A stretch of DNA of 54,909 nt, counting the filler, from Dirinaria sp. TL-2023a (taxonomy: Eukaryota): NCBI GenBank assembly GCA_051941275.1. It is 2 parts of 2 records of this genome, joined end to end, with 100 filler letters (N's around TTAATTAATTAA, not from the genome) between each part and the next. Parts side by side here need not be neighbours in the genome. Positions count along the whole stretch, not along the records: positions 1 to 27,427 come from JAVEBF010000141.1; 1 more part is not named here. The stretch is one strand, 5' to 3'. A model generated the notes under the pieces. That model made no database searches, had not been told where the DNA came from, and saw nothing but the letters and a program-made list of their open reading frames with translations. Positions 1-13,242 of this stretch are shown here, piece after piece (the first letter of the stretch is position 1; each line of letters starts with the position of its first letter). A program made the translations under genes and the position numbers.

Positions 1-40
1 AGAGAAGACTGGGAATAACAAACTTGACCTACTATATTTT

Positions 41-60
41 ATGCTATGCTATGCTATGCT
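41..60 (+). repeat. (ATGCT)4 microsatellite
   Basis: Seen directly. Confidence 0.8.
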
Positions 61-747
61 TATTATGCTATGATTTCTATAAACCAGACACAGAAGAGAA
101 AAAAAACAAAAAAACAAAGGGATTTTGAAGGGAAAGAGAAAAGCAAGTGGAGATACTGATAGATCGCAAGACAAGTGTTCAGAGACAAGATACAAAAGGG
201 GTAAGGGAGGGGAGGTAGGAGAATGGAAATGAATACCTTGCGTGCGTAGAAAAAGGGGGGAAGAAAGAGGGCATTTAAAAAAGACCGGGGGAAGGGAGGG
301 GGGGGAGTATATATTGTTCTCTAGTTCCCACTCCCTTTTTCGGGGCGGATTGGGAGTCAATGCTGGTTTCGGGCTGGTTGCGGATAGCAAGATTAAGGGG
401 TGTTTGAAACAAGAAGGAACATATGAATCAAAGGCGCAAATCTAACACGATGTTTTTTTTAACCTTTTCTCTCTCTTCTAAATAAGATTCGACTTTAAAA
501 GCTGTCTTTCTTTTAGGGATGCCAGGCCTTGACCTTTTCGTACGGATACGGTACGATGACTACCTTACCTCACCTCACCTCACCTCATTTCCCAGGCCAG
601 CCAGATTTACAAATAAACACACATCTAGATTCCCCATTCCCCCCCCAGCTCGGGCGCCCCAACTCCATGGCTATCATGCAAATTGTTGAACGTTATCAAA
701 AGCAATCGGATAAGGGTGAGTGAGAGAGAGCTGAGTGAGCTACGTAT

Positions 748-3700
748 TTATGCATGCTGCTGCGTCCCATTCATCTGTAGCGCGTTCTTGTCTGCTTGGC
801 TAATGACGTGCTGTATGACTTCTTGCTCTTGGGGACTCAAGACCTTGGTCAGGTTTTCGTAGAGGGGGGGTTGGTCGTGCTGTAATTCTATATTGCGATT
901 GTCATATATTAGTTTGGCATGGTTTTAGGGTTTTTGGTGGGGTTCAGGTAGGTAAGTAGGGACGTACTCAAAAGGCTGTTCTTGAAGATTGAATATGGTT
1001 CGACTTTGTCGAGGGGTGTTTCTAGAAGGCTCTCTTCTTCTAGCTCATCATCTTCATCCACCGTCGCGGCGTTAAATTTCTTGGCCTGCAGGAGCTGTGG
1101 TCAGCTCTCTCATCCTGGGGATTTACGCGTCCTACGCTCACTTCTTCGTGTAGGAATTCGAGATATGCGGCACTTTCGTCCTTCACATCGCCCTCGGCTT
1201 CGCCTTCGTCGAGGTCGTTCGTCCATGCTGCGTCTTCGCCCTGCCAGGTGGCGTCTTCGTCATCGTCGTCATCCTCGTTGAGCGTGAAGTCGCCTTCTTT
1301 GCTCATTTCTTCCCGGTCTGTGCAGAGTTAGTCGCTGGGCTCACATTCGCTGGGAAAGTATGCTTACTCTTCATTGCGGCAGGCAGCGTCTGGAATAACC
1401 GCACGACGCCCTGAAGCAGCCTTGGCCAGCCTTGCTGAACACTGCTCGGCACGTCGTCTGCCCGTAGCGTAAGCAAAGAGCTGATGCCGAGAATGGAGAG
1501 CTTCTTGTCATGAACCCGTGTAAAGTTCTCGATATTCGAGAACCAGGAACTGAAGAACTTGTTCGTCAACCCATTGCCTTCTAAAGCACGCAGAGCCAGT
1601 ATGGGGTTGTAGTAGATTGCGTTGATGACCATCTCCATAAGGTGAATCCGGTAGGATTTGACCTTGACTTCATTACTTGAAATGACGTTCATAGGCAGGG
1701 TGATAAATTTGGGTATGTGCTGATCAATATGCCCTCTCATGTTGAGCATGAGGGACTCTGCAAGCTTGCAGCCGCATATTCGGTCCATGCCTCCTACTTT
1801 TTCATCCGTGAAAATATCTTCAACCATGCCCACAAGCGCATCAATGTAATTGGGATTCTCGGCCATGGTCTGGCCGCCAAAGGTTATGAAATTGTCTAGA
1901 GCAGGTAGCATATCTTTCCTCACGTTAGCGTCACTGGGATGAATCGCTGCAGATGACGGAATGTACCTTCTAAGTAAAGCTCAGCACCAGCTTTGAAAGC
2001 TTTGTGCATTAGGCCGAAGGCTTGCCACATGGATGGCGAGACCACCTTGGTAGAGAATGTGCAGCTGTCGATGATCTCGAACACTTCGTTATAAAGATCT
2101 TACACTTGTCAGCTCGGTAGCACATCACGAGCGGCCCGTTGCTTACCGTATAATTTGTTCTCGAGAGTGATTTCGATGACAGGCATCAAAATCGTCTCAA
2201 GGTGCATCAGAACATCTGGTGTGGCCTCCAATGTTAAGATTAATGTCCCGATGGTTTGCAAAACGCCGAGCGCAGTAATGCTCTTGTCATCTAAGAAGTC
2301 ACCATAGGTATCATCCGTATTCTTATCGTTGTGCCGATCCAATAATTCCCGGATAATTCTCAGATATGTATCCCGTAGTTGTTCGCTCAGCGCAACTGCA
2401 AAAGGCGTCAATTCAGCCGCAAATTCTTCAACGAAATCTTCCATGACGTTAGCGAGAGCATCGACGTCAACTTCGTTGGCCAGTTTCAGCAACTGCTGCA
2501 TGATCTGTGGTATGTTCTGTTGCATGGATGTCCGAATGATTTCATGCCTTATCAGAGGTTGCAAGGCCAGAGCTGCCTCTACCCGTACCGGGAGCTCGGG
2601 ATCTGCCATCGATTCGAGGATGTTTTTGTAAATGAAGAGGAGATTTTGTGAATCTTTAAATTCGAGCTGCTCGAACTTTCCCAGCGTGTCGCAAGCTCGT
2701 GCTCGTAGAAAGCCATGCGGACTTCGAAATTCCGGGAACACATGTCGCACAAAGAAGTACTCTACTTGATCGGCAATCGGACTCTTCTTTCCCAGGATGA
2801 CCGATGCCAGAGTTCCAATCATTCTTAGCGCCCCTTCCTTCTCCCTGGCATCTTTCTGATCGTCGGGCGAAGATTCGTACTTATTGACAATTCCATTCAC
2901 GAAACCGAGAATCGTGAAAGTCTGCTTCTTGCGGCTCTTGGTCAGGGATACCAGAAAGTTCGTCGCAGCTACATCGGGAGCTGTAACTTCCTCGTAAAAG
3001 TTCAGTTTCTTGTGGAGATATTCAGGCGGATCGGAGTCAAACAACTCGATTTCCTCGTCCGATTGGCAGAGTATGGGGAAAAGAACATGTGAGATGAGAG
3101 TATCCATGTGAGGTTTGAGGTGATTCCACATCAACTTCGGTTTCACGCACTCGTCAAGGAAACAGAGCGTATATGAGAGAGATGGTTTGCTTAACCAGGC
3201 TGTTTTCGATGCCCACTTTTCGATCTGTTGCAGGTAGACCTTAAGTATTTCAGGTGCGAAATTGGCGATGAACGACTTCGAAAATTCCAATTGCTCAGGC
3301 AGCGTGTTCTTCGCACTCCCGCTCGGGTTGCCGTACCTGAGAAGATCAGTATGGTCGTTCCCCACACTTGTTGCAGCAGCCCATACCGCACAAAAAGCCG
3401 ATTGAGGTTCGCATATGCCCATTTTTTTGATTTCCACCAGTGGTTTCTTTCACGCGCATCGATGTCCTCATCCATTGCATTAGGAGGTGCATCCTTTCCC
3501 ACGAGAGTTAGAAAAAGGGTACACCAGCCGACCATGTTGTTCTGAGCCATGAGATGTGGCGGTAGCCCAAACTAGAGACTCGTCAGCTCCCATTCAATCT
3601 CTTGTCCCTCTTCTCTTCGACGCACGTAGATTGTGTGCTTGTAAGATTTCATCACAACCCGCAACATCTCCCAACCCTCGGGATTGGTTTCATCCACAAG

Positions 3701-4368
3701 ACGCGAGCCGATGCTGAGCAATTGAGGGAATGACGCTTCTACTATCTGGTTGAAGTCGTCCCTGTTCTCTCCGCCTTTGAATCTGTACATTCGACATATT
3801 GCCAGCATACAGTGGAGCCCCGCGAAGACAGAATTGGCATCGTTGGTATTGAGTAGCTGCATGGTGATGTCCATGAAATTGGGCCATTTTGAAGGAAAGT
3901 CGTATTGGAGGATTTTCTGCAGTATGGGAATGAGCTGCGTTCGTATCTGCGAAGGTGATGCGGCAAGGGTGGGGAGGAGTCGGTTTCGACAGTCGGCCTT
4001 TTCCGAGTCGGGGATTTGCTTGTGCTGGTTGATGTCATCCAACGGCGCCCAGCCTCTCAGCACACGATTTTTGAGGTATACGACGGCTACAAGTGCTTAG
4101 TGAACCGCGCATGAAGACCTTTTGCCGCGCAACATACTCGACAGTCGAACGCCATTGTCCTGCTCAGCTTGAAGAATATCGAGAATTGCGTTGATAAACC
4201 CGGGCTGCTCTTCTGCCTATATGTGAAGCATCAGTGGGTTGCCAATTCAAGCATGTTCCTGGGACCTGGGTGACAAACAAATTTTAGATCTAGCTCAGCT
4301 TGTCTTCTGATATTCGCATTCGGATCAAGGGTAGCTTGAATGAGATTCCGAAGGGCAGCAACGTCCAT
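748..4368 (-). CDS. NMD5: Importin-beta family karyopherin (importin-7/8, Nmd5/Sxm1-like), 10 exons
   Basis: ATG at 4368 (MDVAALRNLIQATLDPNANIRRQAELDLKF, IBN_N-type start). Exons 4368-4279, 4216-4138, 4086-3626, 3571-3387, 3336-2147, 2098-1967, 1913-1368, 1317-1142, 1085-968, 887-748 join in frame via GT-AG introns with CTRAY-like branch points. Motifs WWKSKKWAYANLNRLF, EKEGALRMIG, FLRARAC, RVHDKKL, and an acidic tail with EESLLETPLD. Confidence 0.93.
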
Positions 4369-4866
4369 GTTGTATAGGCTCCAGGGTGCTCGAAAGGCAC
4401 GAAAGAGACAGGGGAGAGTGAATTGTAATATCAAACAATGGGCAACTGGCGTGGTAGCAGAAGTGTTGCGGGTGTACTTCTGAAGCTGGGACAATATGAG
4501 AGGTAAGTTACGGTACCTATGATGCTATCGAAAAATAAATTACAATACGAGACGCTGATCTTCAGTCTTGCACGTGGCGCCAGAACCAATCAACGTCGCG
4601 CACGGGATCCAAGAGCTCTTACCGGCACCCGAAAGATTTCAAGGGGCGTAAAGCAACTTTGTGCCAATCAGTGCCAATGTTCAGGTACTCATGAATAAAC
4701 TGAGGTACATGTAAAGTAGGTAGACAAGCGCAACTTGGAAACCCCCATGATTCTATACTGTTATTGGTCTCAGGATCGACGGTGTGGGCGTTTGACTCCC
4801 CACGATTACTATTTCTACAGCCAATTCTAGAACGATGCTCCCTTTTCAACCAGCATCTGTGGCTCC

Positions 4867-7800
4867 TCACATGTACAACGACGCAACAGCAGTGATATCT
4901 CTTTTGATCATCTCTTGCGCCGTCTGCATCTTCGTGAAGAGTTCCGGATCCCCTATGATTCTTGCCGCGTTTTTCACCTCCCGGCATGTCTCGTCCAGCC
5001 TTGAGATTACTCGCACGATCGTTCCCTCCAGCACGTCCGTCAGATCCGTGATCCGGTTGAAAGACATCCCTCTGGCCCATTCATGCACAACCTCTACCAG
5101 CCCAAACCGTGGCCGGCTAACAAAATCATTGGAGTCGTCGCTGGACAAGATCACTTGATGCTCCGTCTGGTAAGCATTGACTTTTTCCGAGATGCTGATG
5201 ATGGTGTCTCTGCCCTTTTCAAGCTTTCCGGTCAAGGTAGGTTCGAAATCCGTCTTCTCCTGGAAGACGAACGCAGAGAGGAGCGCAACAATCTCTTCAG
5301 GTTCGAAGTTCGCGAGTACATTCTCGAGGATCAACTCCGTAAGCACCAGCTCATCCGCTGAATGGATCTCGCAGGCGACTTTCCCCTTGAGCTCGACCCG
5401 TGAATTGGCATCTACGAAAGCCAGATCCTTGAGCACTGCCACTCGCTGCTCGTAGTCAGGAAGCAGCTGTAGATTCTGATCCGACATCAGCTGCCGCAGC
5501 TGCGAAATGTTTTCCTTGATAAGCCATTCGTCGTGCCGCATGGAGAAGTGCTTCACAAAACTCGGACAACTCAAGCAGTGAGCGTTTTGCGCCTGGTCCG
5601 CTTGTTGCCGACGGGCCTCCAGCATGTCTCTGATATTCAACAATTTCACGCGGCTCCAATCGAGTTCATCCCAGAGGGAGGCTTTCCAGGACTTGCACAG
5701 CATGGTTAGTTGTTCCTCGGCTGAGGCTTTTGCACCATCGGTATCCATAATTATCTTGTCCATATCAACCTTAACCATCGTTTTCGTGATACAATCGAGA
5801 TCACCAAGTGCGACTTGGCATAACCTGAGATCCATTTCTGCGATGCTTTGGGGCAAAGCGGCGAAAAAGCATCTGAATTTTGGGAGACACGGTAGTAGAT
5901 CGCTAGCGCTACGGCTCATGTTCTTCCTTCCAATCGAAAGCACCTCAACTGTCGGAGCCATACCTTTGCTAATGCCTTCACGAGTCAGGATGCCAGGTAT
6001 CCGCAGGCCGCCCTTTATGTCAATGTCAGCGGCATAGCGCAAAAGATGCGCAAAGAAATCCTACCTTTTTGAACACGATCAATCTTCTAGGTGTGAACAT
6101 GCGTCTTCCTACTGGAGCAGCTATGATGCTCAAATGTAGATCTCTAGTGATTGACTGATATGCCATTGATGCTGCATGACTTATCTCCAGATCAATGTCG
6201 CAGATGTCGCAAGGTTCCCGCTTCACCTTTGCTAGATCGGATTCAGAGAGCTTGACCTGCTTTTCATGCTCTGGCAGCAGTGCCTGAGTAGCGTTTTCGC
6301 TGAAACTCCGTTTTATCATCTCCTCTATCTTTAGAGCCTCTACCCGTAAGAGATTGAGAATCATGTTATATGTTAAGCGAAATTGTGAGCGTAGCTTGGT
6401 TGGGTCACCCAGGATCATTTGCCGCAGCGTTGCAGCAGGCGGAGCTTCATCCGTACCAGATGACACAATGATGACGCTTCCAACAGGGTCTAGTCCTCTC
6501 CGACCAGCTCTGCCAGCCATTTGAGTATACTCGCCAGGCAGGAGGTCTCGGAAAGATCGGCCGTCATGTTTGCGAAAGCCTGAGAAGACTACTGTCCGAG
6601 TAGGTAGATTGAGCCCCATCGCGAAGGTCTCTGTAGCGAACAGTACCTTTACCAGCGTCTTCGCGAATAAAATTTCAACCACCTCCTTAACGATAGGGAG
6701 AAGGCCACCGTGGTGAACTGCGATACCGCGTGCCAGTAACTCACGTAACCTCCTAATTTGCGGCAGAATACGATCATCGGGCTTCAGACGTGCTAATGAG
6801 CGCTCGATGATCATATGTATTGCACTCTTTTCAGCAGCAGTGCAAAAGTCGAGGTTTGAAAGAGCGTCGGCGTTCTCTTCGCATCGCTTCTTCGAAAAAA
6901 CAAATATACAACACGGTAAAAGGTTATTTTTCCGGAGGTGCTGTACCAGGTGGACCCAGATGTTTCTGTCTTGTGCTGCAGTCGTCCTCCCACCGCCACG
7001 CCCAGTACGAGCGATGCTACCCCCACCTCGCTGAGGCTGGCCTCTTCCACGTTGCTGTTGGCCACCTCGCTGCGGTCCTCCTCGAGGCGGTTGCCCGCGG
7101 CCAGCTCGATTGGCGCCACCTCGTTGATTAGTTGAATTGTCAGAAGCGGCCGCTGGGGCAATTTTGTCTCTGCCGGACATTGCAAGATTGGCCTCTTTCC
7201 AGCCTTTGTCGAGGAATTTCTTGTCTGCGTCTACGATCTTATGCATCGCTTTATCGGCCCATAGGTAATGCTCCAGGGGCACAGGTCGCTTAAGGGTTGA
7301 GATTACGTAGATATTCTTTTTCTTCGTTCGGCCCACCCATGAAGCAAACTCGTAGGTGTTTGGTACCGTTGCCGAGAGTAGAATGAGCGTTACTTGTTCA
7401 GGCAGCATGATGATGACTTCCTCCCACACCACTCCTCGTTCGAGATCGTTTACATAGTGGACTTCGTCGAATATAACGAACTCGACGTCGCGCAGAAGGT
7501 CCGCTCCCCGGTATAACATACTTCTGAGTATCTCCGTAGTCATGATAAGGCAGCTGGCTTCTGCATTGATCTGAACATCGCCCGTAAGAATGCCCACGTC
7601 GTCGAATTCGTGCCTGAAGTCTCTGAATTTCTGATTACTGAGGGCCTTGATCGGAGAGGTGTATATTGCTTTAGTCATGTGTTTCGCTGCCAAGGCTATA
7701 GCATACTCAGCAACAACCGTTTTCCCGGCAGAAGTATGCGCGGCTACAAAGACAGAATCTCCATTTTCAAGGTGATAGACAGCCTCCTTCTGAAACGTGT

Positions 7801-8749
7801 CGAGCTCGAACGGCCACGTCCGTGCCATGTCCGGTACCAACTCATGAAAGTTGGTGATTTCTCTCTTTACATCAACCATATGAGCCCATTCCCTACCTCC
7901 TCGTCGAGCAGTAGATGCAGCCAGTAGCCCATGAGGCAGGAGTGCTGGATATTCTACAGGTAATAACGCATCAATGTCTTCTTCTGCTTCGTCACCCGAT
8001 GCCATCTCTTCTTGCTCAGCACTCGATTCACTAAGCTTATCTCCATCTATAGACACGTCACCAGTCAAGCCGTAAGGGGCTTCACTTAATGTCTTTTCAA
8101 TCTGCTCGGCGGTTGCAGACTCGACCCTAGGCCGGGCTTTTTTGAAGTCTAAGCCTCGACTGAATCCTGGTGGGACGGATAAAAGTCCACCCTCAGTGCC
8201 CAAGTTGATGACTCTCTCCAGGTGGCTGTTCTGAAGCCCATCCACCTGCTTTCCTTCTTGGAGTGCCTGATCTTCAAGATCAGCAATTGCTTGAACCCCA
8301 TCAAGGCCACCTGGGGCAAATGGAAAGAAACCGGCGGCACCGCGAACGAAATCCGCTCTGTTAGCGGGCTTGCGTAGTAGCGAAGTCGAATTCTTCGCTG
8401 TCGCACTACCGGCTGGCACGGTCACTTCTTTGTAGCCGGTCACTCTGCCCTCCAGACCTTCTCTAGTGAAACGAATGACTGTACGGGTCTGGGTTGGAGC
8501 CATCTCAAAGAGCCGTGAATAGTCCGTTGGGACATCCCATCGTTGTTGGAGCTTGTTCAGCCACTCTACATTGAACGACGTCGGTGGAGTCAGGAATGAT
8601 TCTTCAAGCTCCTTTTTCATAGACTCTCGAGATCTTCGCCTCTTCTTGCGCGGTCTCTCGCTGGTCAATAAATCATCTATGGTCTCGAAGTCATCCTGAT
8701 GGCTGCTGAGGCGAAGCTTCTCAACCGCATCTATCAGGCTTGAGGCCAT
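4867..8749 (-). CDS. SKI2: Ski2 DExH-box RNA helicase (Ski complex, cytoplasmic exosome cofactor), 2 exons
   Basis: First ATG 8749 (MASSLIDAVEK). Motifs AHTSAGKT, SPIKALSNQK, DEVH, LSAT, TETFAMG, QMAGRAGRRG, an RG-rich insert, and a C-terminal DSHCT-type end (EGTIVR...IKRDITAVASLYM). Intron 6064-6013 joins ORFs 6026..8755 and 4867..6042 in frame. Confidence 0.96.
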
Positions 8750-9596
8750 GTCCAAATTTTATGTCAAGAAAGCTTCATAGAATAATTCAATAGTACTAGA
8801 AACCTTCGCTACAAGGAGTGGCATAGATAAGAAGCACTGAGTGTTGAAGAGTCACGATCCTTGAGATTGTGTTTTGTATTAGGATTCGAGGAGTAATTTC
8901 CGAAAATCTGTTAGCACTTCCACTGAAGAACACCTCAATGGAATCGGGGGATTTTGAGCAAATTTCGAGTCTGACTTCAACAGAATCAACACTTACACGG
9001 ACCCTAGACACAACCCTAGAATACCTTATGTCACATCTTTAGCGCTTTGCCAAGACTTTTCATTCTGTGTTTCACGCCAGGTCCCCTCGGTCGAGAAATC
9101 CAATGCCTTATCACGAAGACTTACTTTAGTTGCCATTCTCACTCTCGAAGATTTACAAATTTATAGACCGTCAACTTGGAGACGCTCACAAGTCAGAGCG
9201 CTTAATCAAAGCCGAATCCCGCAAAATACCTAAGCAAGGTCGTCGACTCTCTCCCAGATCATGGAATCGGCTCAAGTGGCATCGCCAAGTTCACGATCTT
9301 CATGCGTGAATTATAGACACCGAATTGCGCCCTAATGCTCTAATGGTACCTCAGCGTAGATGATATAGTGTCAAATTTGTCTGGTAGTATAGATGAGTTA
9401 ATGTTAGGTAGAATGAAATGTCTTGCAAAGAAATCGAGCACGGTGAACAGCTAGAAGGACGATTTCTATTATATGTGCTTGTGTCGATGTTCGCTATAAC
9501 AACTTATAATTATTATTCTGTTCCAACAGCATTGCGACCTTTACTGGTTTTATACAGGAGAAGCGAAGCCGTTGATTCTTCAACTATACCGGCTCG

Positions 9597-10295
9597 TCAC
9601 GTGGGAAAGCTTGTCAAATTCAGTGATGTGCCGTTCTCGCTTCTGTACGTTAGATTATCAAGGCCATCGTTGTTATATGTTGTTCCGTTGATACTGATGA
9701 TGTCAGGATACCTTTGCACGGAAGGTGCTTCTGCGTAAGCCGTGGCTGGCTGACCCGATATGACAGCTCTTTTTGTGTTATCCCTCGGTACAAAGCTAGA
9801 GCTGAAACCAGGGACACCTTTTTGTGAGAACCAGGTCCCACCTCCCCAAACGAGACCCCGCAATCCTTCGGCTTGAAGCCAAGGCTCTTCAGAGGGGTTG
9901 GCAGGAAGCCTCTTTGGGAGGCGTATGAAACTGGCACCCGTGGACCCACCATCGCCGTGGAACCAGGAGTAGATGAACGGGCCAGGACCGGGTTGTGTAG
10001 CAATGGGAACTAGGGTACAGCCTCTATAAACTGTCGTGTCGTGCGGCCAACGACGCCCGGCACCCCAAACAGCTGCCACGTCGCCAACTAGCAGGTTTCG
10101 AAATTCCACACGTTGTGCTTCAAAGTAGAAGGGTGGTTTGCAACACACACCTGGAATTAGATTTGTACAGGTAATAGCGATATCAGGATTATGGTGATAT
10201 GATAGAGACAGAGTGACATCGACCTGCAGCGCTCGTTGGATTATGCTGAGCGAGAGAAAAAAATAAACGCGTGTTGAAGCGGACCATTTTCTCAT
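9597..10295 (-). CDS. Hypothetical small secreted Cys-containing protein (232 aa)
   Basis: Single-exon ATG ORF with an N-terminal basic plus hydrophobic segment (signal-peptide-like), CTNLIPGVCC motif and N-glycosylation sequons (NGT, NLT). A TATA-like TTTATATAG lies just upstream on the minus strand (~10312-10320). Confidence 0.7.
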   Translation of the reverse strand: MRKWSASTRVYFFLSLSIIQRALQVDVTLSLSYHHNPDIAITCTNLIPGVCCKPPFYFEAQRVEFRNLLVGDVAAVWGAGRRWPHDTTVYRGCTLVPIATQPGPGPFIYSWFHGDGGSTGASFIRLPKRLPANPSEEPWLQAEGLRGLVWGGGTWFSQKGVPGFSSSFVPRDNTKRAVISGQPATAYAEAPSVQRYPDIISINGTTYNNDGLDNLTYRSENGTSLNLTSFPT

Positions 10296-11142
10296 TGCAG
10301 ATCGACTGTCTCTATATAAAGCTCTTGAAAGATCGAATGTTGAGTATCATCATCTGCATCAGACATAGATCATGAAACATGTGAGCACGCGATCTCGACG
10401 TGATGCTGTTTTACTTTCAAAGAAGGGCCTTTGAGGATGATGAGGGCGAAGCCTTTCCTTTCTGCGGCAGATTGATTGGCATCGATTGCAAATGCCTTGA
10501 TCGCGGTCAATCAAGTGATCAGATTGGCTCTTCCCTAAAGATACTACAATTAAGTCCAAGACTCAACCACAAAACGGACGCTGGTAATGCGATAAGACTG
10601 CAGAGCTCAAACGAGAACGGACCAGACACCGCATGAAGAAAGGTTGTTCCTGAATACAATCGATCGCAAGGGCGTTATTATGTACCTACATGGGAGCCAA
10701 AATGACCGCAGACTGGTTCGAAGCTAAGCACTTTGAAGTGAGAATCCTCTCGTATGAACCCCCACGTGAAGCAAGCGGCATGCTATCGGTCTTTGGTCAA
10801 AGAAATTTATTGCCGTTCCATTCATGCGAATCTTCCAGGCACTTCAGGTTGATCGGGAGCGCTATCAAGTCACGGGATATATAATGTGCCATACCTGCTG
10901 TTGTTCCTCTGTAGTCTGTAAGCACTACTCTGCCGCTCTTGCGCTCATTGTCGCTCTGATGCGCATCCCGTGTAGTCCTGCGGGGGAAAACCGGACAGAG
11001 CTGGTGGCGGTGCGCTTATGTATAGAGTAAGGTAGAGCAAGCGCAAGTAGCGCTCCACGAACCTTAAGTTGTGAGTAGTAAAGGACAAAAATGTTTCGGG
11101 CCGAGGGGCCGAGCTGCTCACTCATTTGTGCCAAGCTTGTTG

Positions 11143-11183
11143 CACGTGACAGCCAATAGATAGACACGCAAACGCGTCGCGTC
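11143..11183. promoter_or_regulatory. MCB (ACGCGT) cell-cycle box with overlapping TCGCGT, plus a CACGTGAC E-box, upstream of CSM3
   Basis: aACGCGTCGCGTc at 11171-11183 and CACGTGAC at 11143-11150, about 150 nt upstream of the CSM3 ATG. MCB elements are the established MBF sites of fungal G1/S replication genes. Confidence 0.6.
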
Positions 11184-11325
11184 CCGTATTAAGTATGCTT
11201 CAACGGGAAACTTGTAACAACTGATACTCCTTACAGCCAGGCCTCTCAGGGATATACAAAGCATTTTATATTTCGCAAGTGCAAACTAGTAGTGCTCCAA
11301 GGCGGTCGTAAAGAAACGTGGAACC

Positions 11326-12322
11326 ATGGCTCCTGCAACCGCACAACAGCCCACTGCTTCACCAGCGGATGAGCTTGACGAAATATTCAACTATGATGTT
11401 GACGACGTGTTCCGCGACGTCAATATGGATATGGGGGCCCCGGCGAGAGACAATAATGAGACTCAAGCAGCAAGCAATACCAATGGCGACGTTCTGGGTA
11501 TTGATGAGCAGATCAAAGTCACCAAAAAAAGGGCACCAATCCCCAAATTGGATGAAGACAAGTACGTGGAATACTAATCGAAACATCATTGCCCGCTTAA
11601 AATGCTCAGAATCTCGTAGGCTTCTCTCTCAAGCCGGGATTCCCAAGCTACGGCGCAACGCCCGGGAAAAGCTCAGGTTCAAGGGGAAAGGTCACGAAGT
11701 AAGCAGACTGAAGTGTAATAAATGAAGTCGCGAACTGAGACAATTGCAGTATTCCGATGCAGCACGCCTTCTTCAGTTCTATCAGCTATGGCTGGATGAA
11801 TTGTATCCTCGAGCCAAGTTCGCAGATGGCCTCGCTATGATAGAAAAATTGGGCCATAAAAAGCGGATGCAGACGATGAGGCGGGAATGGATCAATGAAG
11901 GCAAACCACGCCAAAGTATGCAAGACTCGGAGTCGGATGGACAAGCGGATCGGGGTCTTGGGCCACTGTTGGAGTCTGAGCAGCCTGTGAACCCCGCCGA
12001 TGGAGACGAACGACCACGGACGCCACCCGTACACCATTCCCATGATGACCTTTACTCTGCAACCCCACAGGCGACAAGGCAGACCACGCAGCAGCGAGGG
12101 GTAACCACCGGTGAGGAAGGCCTTTTCCTGTCTGACGAGGAGGAGAGCGGCCAGCCTTCGGGAGATGAGTTGGATGCATTGCTTGCGGAGAATGGGCTCA
12201 ATGAAGCTACTGGATCGGCATCAGTCACTTCCGCCTCAAATGCAAAAGAAGCTATTGTCAGGCAGCAAGATCATTTTGACGATGATATGGAGGCCATGGC
12301 AGCCATAGACGATATGTGGTAG
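11326..12322 (+). CDS. CSM3: Replication fork protection complex subunit Csm3/Swi3 (TIPIN homolog), 3 exons
   Basis: Exons 11326-11561, 11620-11698, 11750-12322. The spliced product reads KKRAPIPKLDEDKLLSQAGIPKLR...[43 protein letters not shown] (Swi3 domain), followed by an acidic tail. Confidence 0.93.
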
Positions 12323-13242
12323 CATCACTCTGAACCCAGGCAAAAGCGTATGAACTAGAATAGCTCTTGCTTCTCGATTGTGCGCTTTCCACTAGAGCCA
12401 GGCATCTAGTGTCGGGCCTTGACTATATCTGGTACCTTACCACAACAGCTACTCTCAGCGCCCGCTTTACCACTTACTTCCTCACCCGGAACAAAGTCTC
12501 TTGTTGAGCGTATTGGAGTCGCTGGGACTTCAATATCTGATTCAGACGAGTACGAGGAGGGGAACTACGCTGACACGGCGATCCTCGAGAAATGGAGCAA
12601 TGCCAACATTCCTCTTGGGCAGTCCCGAAGAAGCCTCGACCATTTGATCAATCTGCAAAGCCCGCTGTCCGTTTCATTCCCGAAAAGAAGGACTTTGAGA
12701 CTGCGAACCTACCACCCAAAGCACGAGCGGAGTCACTTTACGAGAAGATAAGCGCCGCTGTGCTTCTTAAACACTGACAGAGAAAGTGGTCCTATTTGCA
12801 GTGTGGAGATAGCCTATGGCTCGAGAGTCACGCTGAATTGGACGGTTTCGGTAAGCAACCAACGCGTTTCAGGGGTTCCGTCTCCACGCTGGGTTTTCTT
12901 AAATCGTTGGGTATTGGTAGTTGTAGATCCGGAGCTCCACAACTAATTCCATAATGTGGTGATCTCTCTTCTGCAGTACGATGGGCTCTGGAATAACAGT
13001 TCGGCAGTGTCAACAATTCGAAGACATATCACCCACCGTTGGCGCTCTGGAAACGGGAAATCATGTTGCAACCGTGAGCCCGCTCGCTTTCCCGCTATTG
13101 AGCGATGGATACGCATTTGCTCAGCTGTTTGAATGAGCACTGATTTGCGAAGTCATTCCGTGTTGATACACCATGGCCAAACTTCCCGATGCCTGAAGCG
13201 ATTGCGACTGGAAACCTCTAAACATCATCTGTATTAGTCTCG

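Noticed and set aside
1..730. Short ORFs (49..390, 242..445, 529..723) and purine-rich/CCTCA repeats
   Set aside because: Low-complexity intergenic or 3' UTR sequence with no recognisable protein features.
12419..13140. Short ORFs between CSM3 and the metalloprotease
   Set aside because: No motifs or consistent splice model; they lie between convergent 3' ends.
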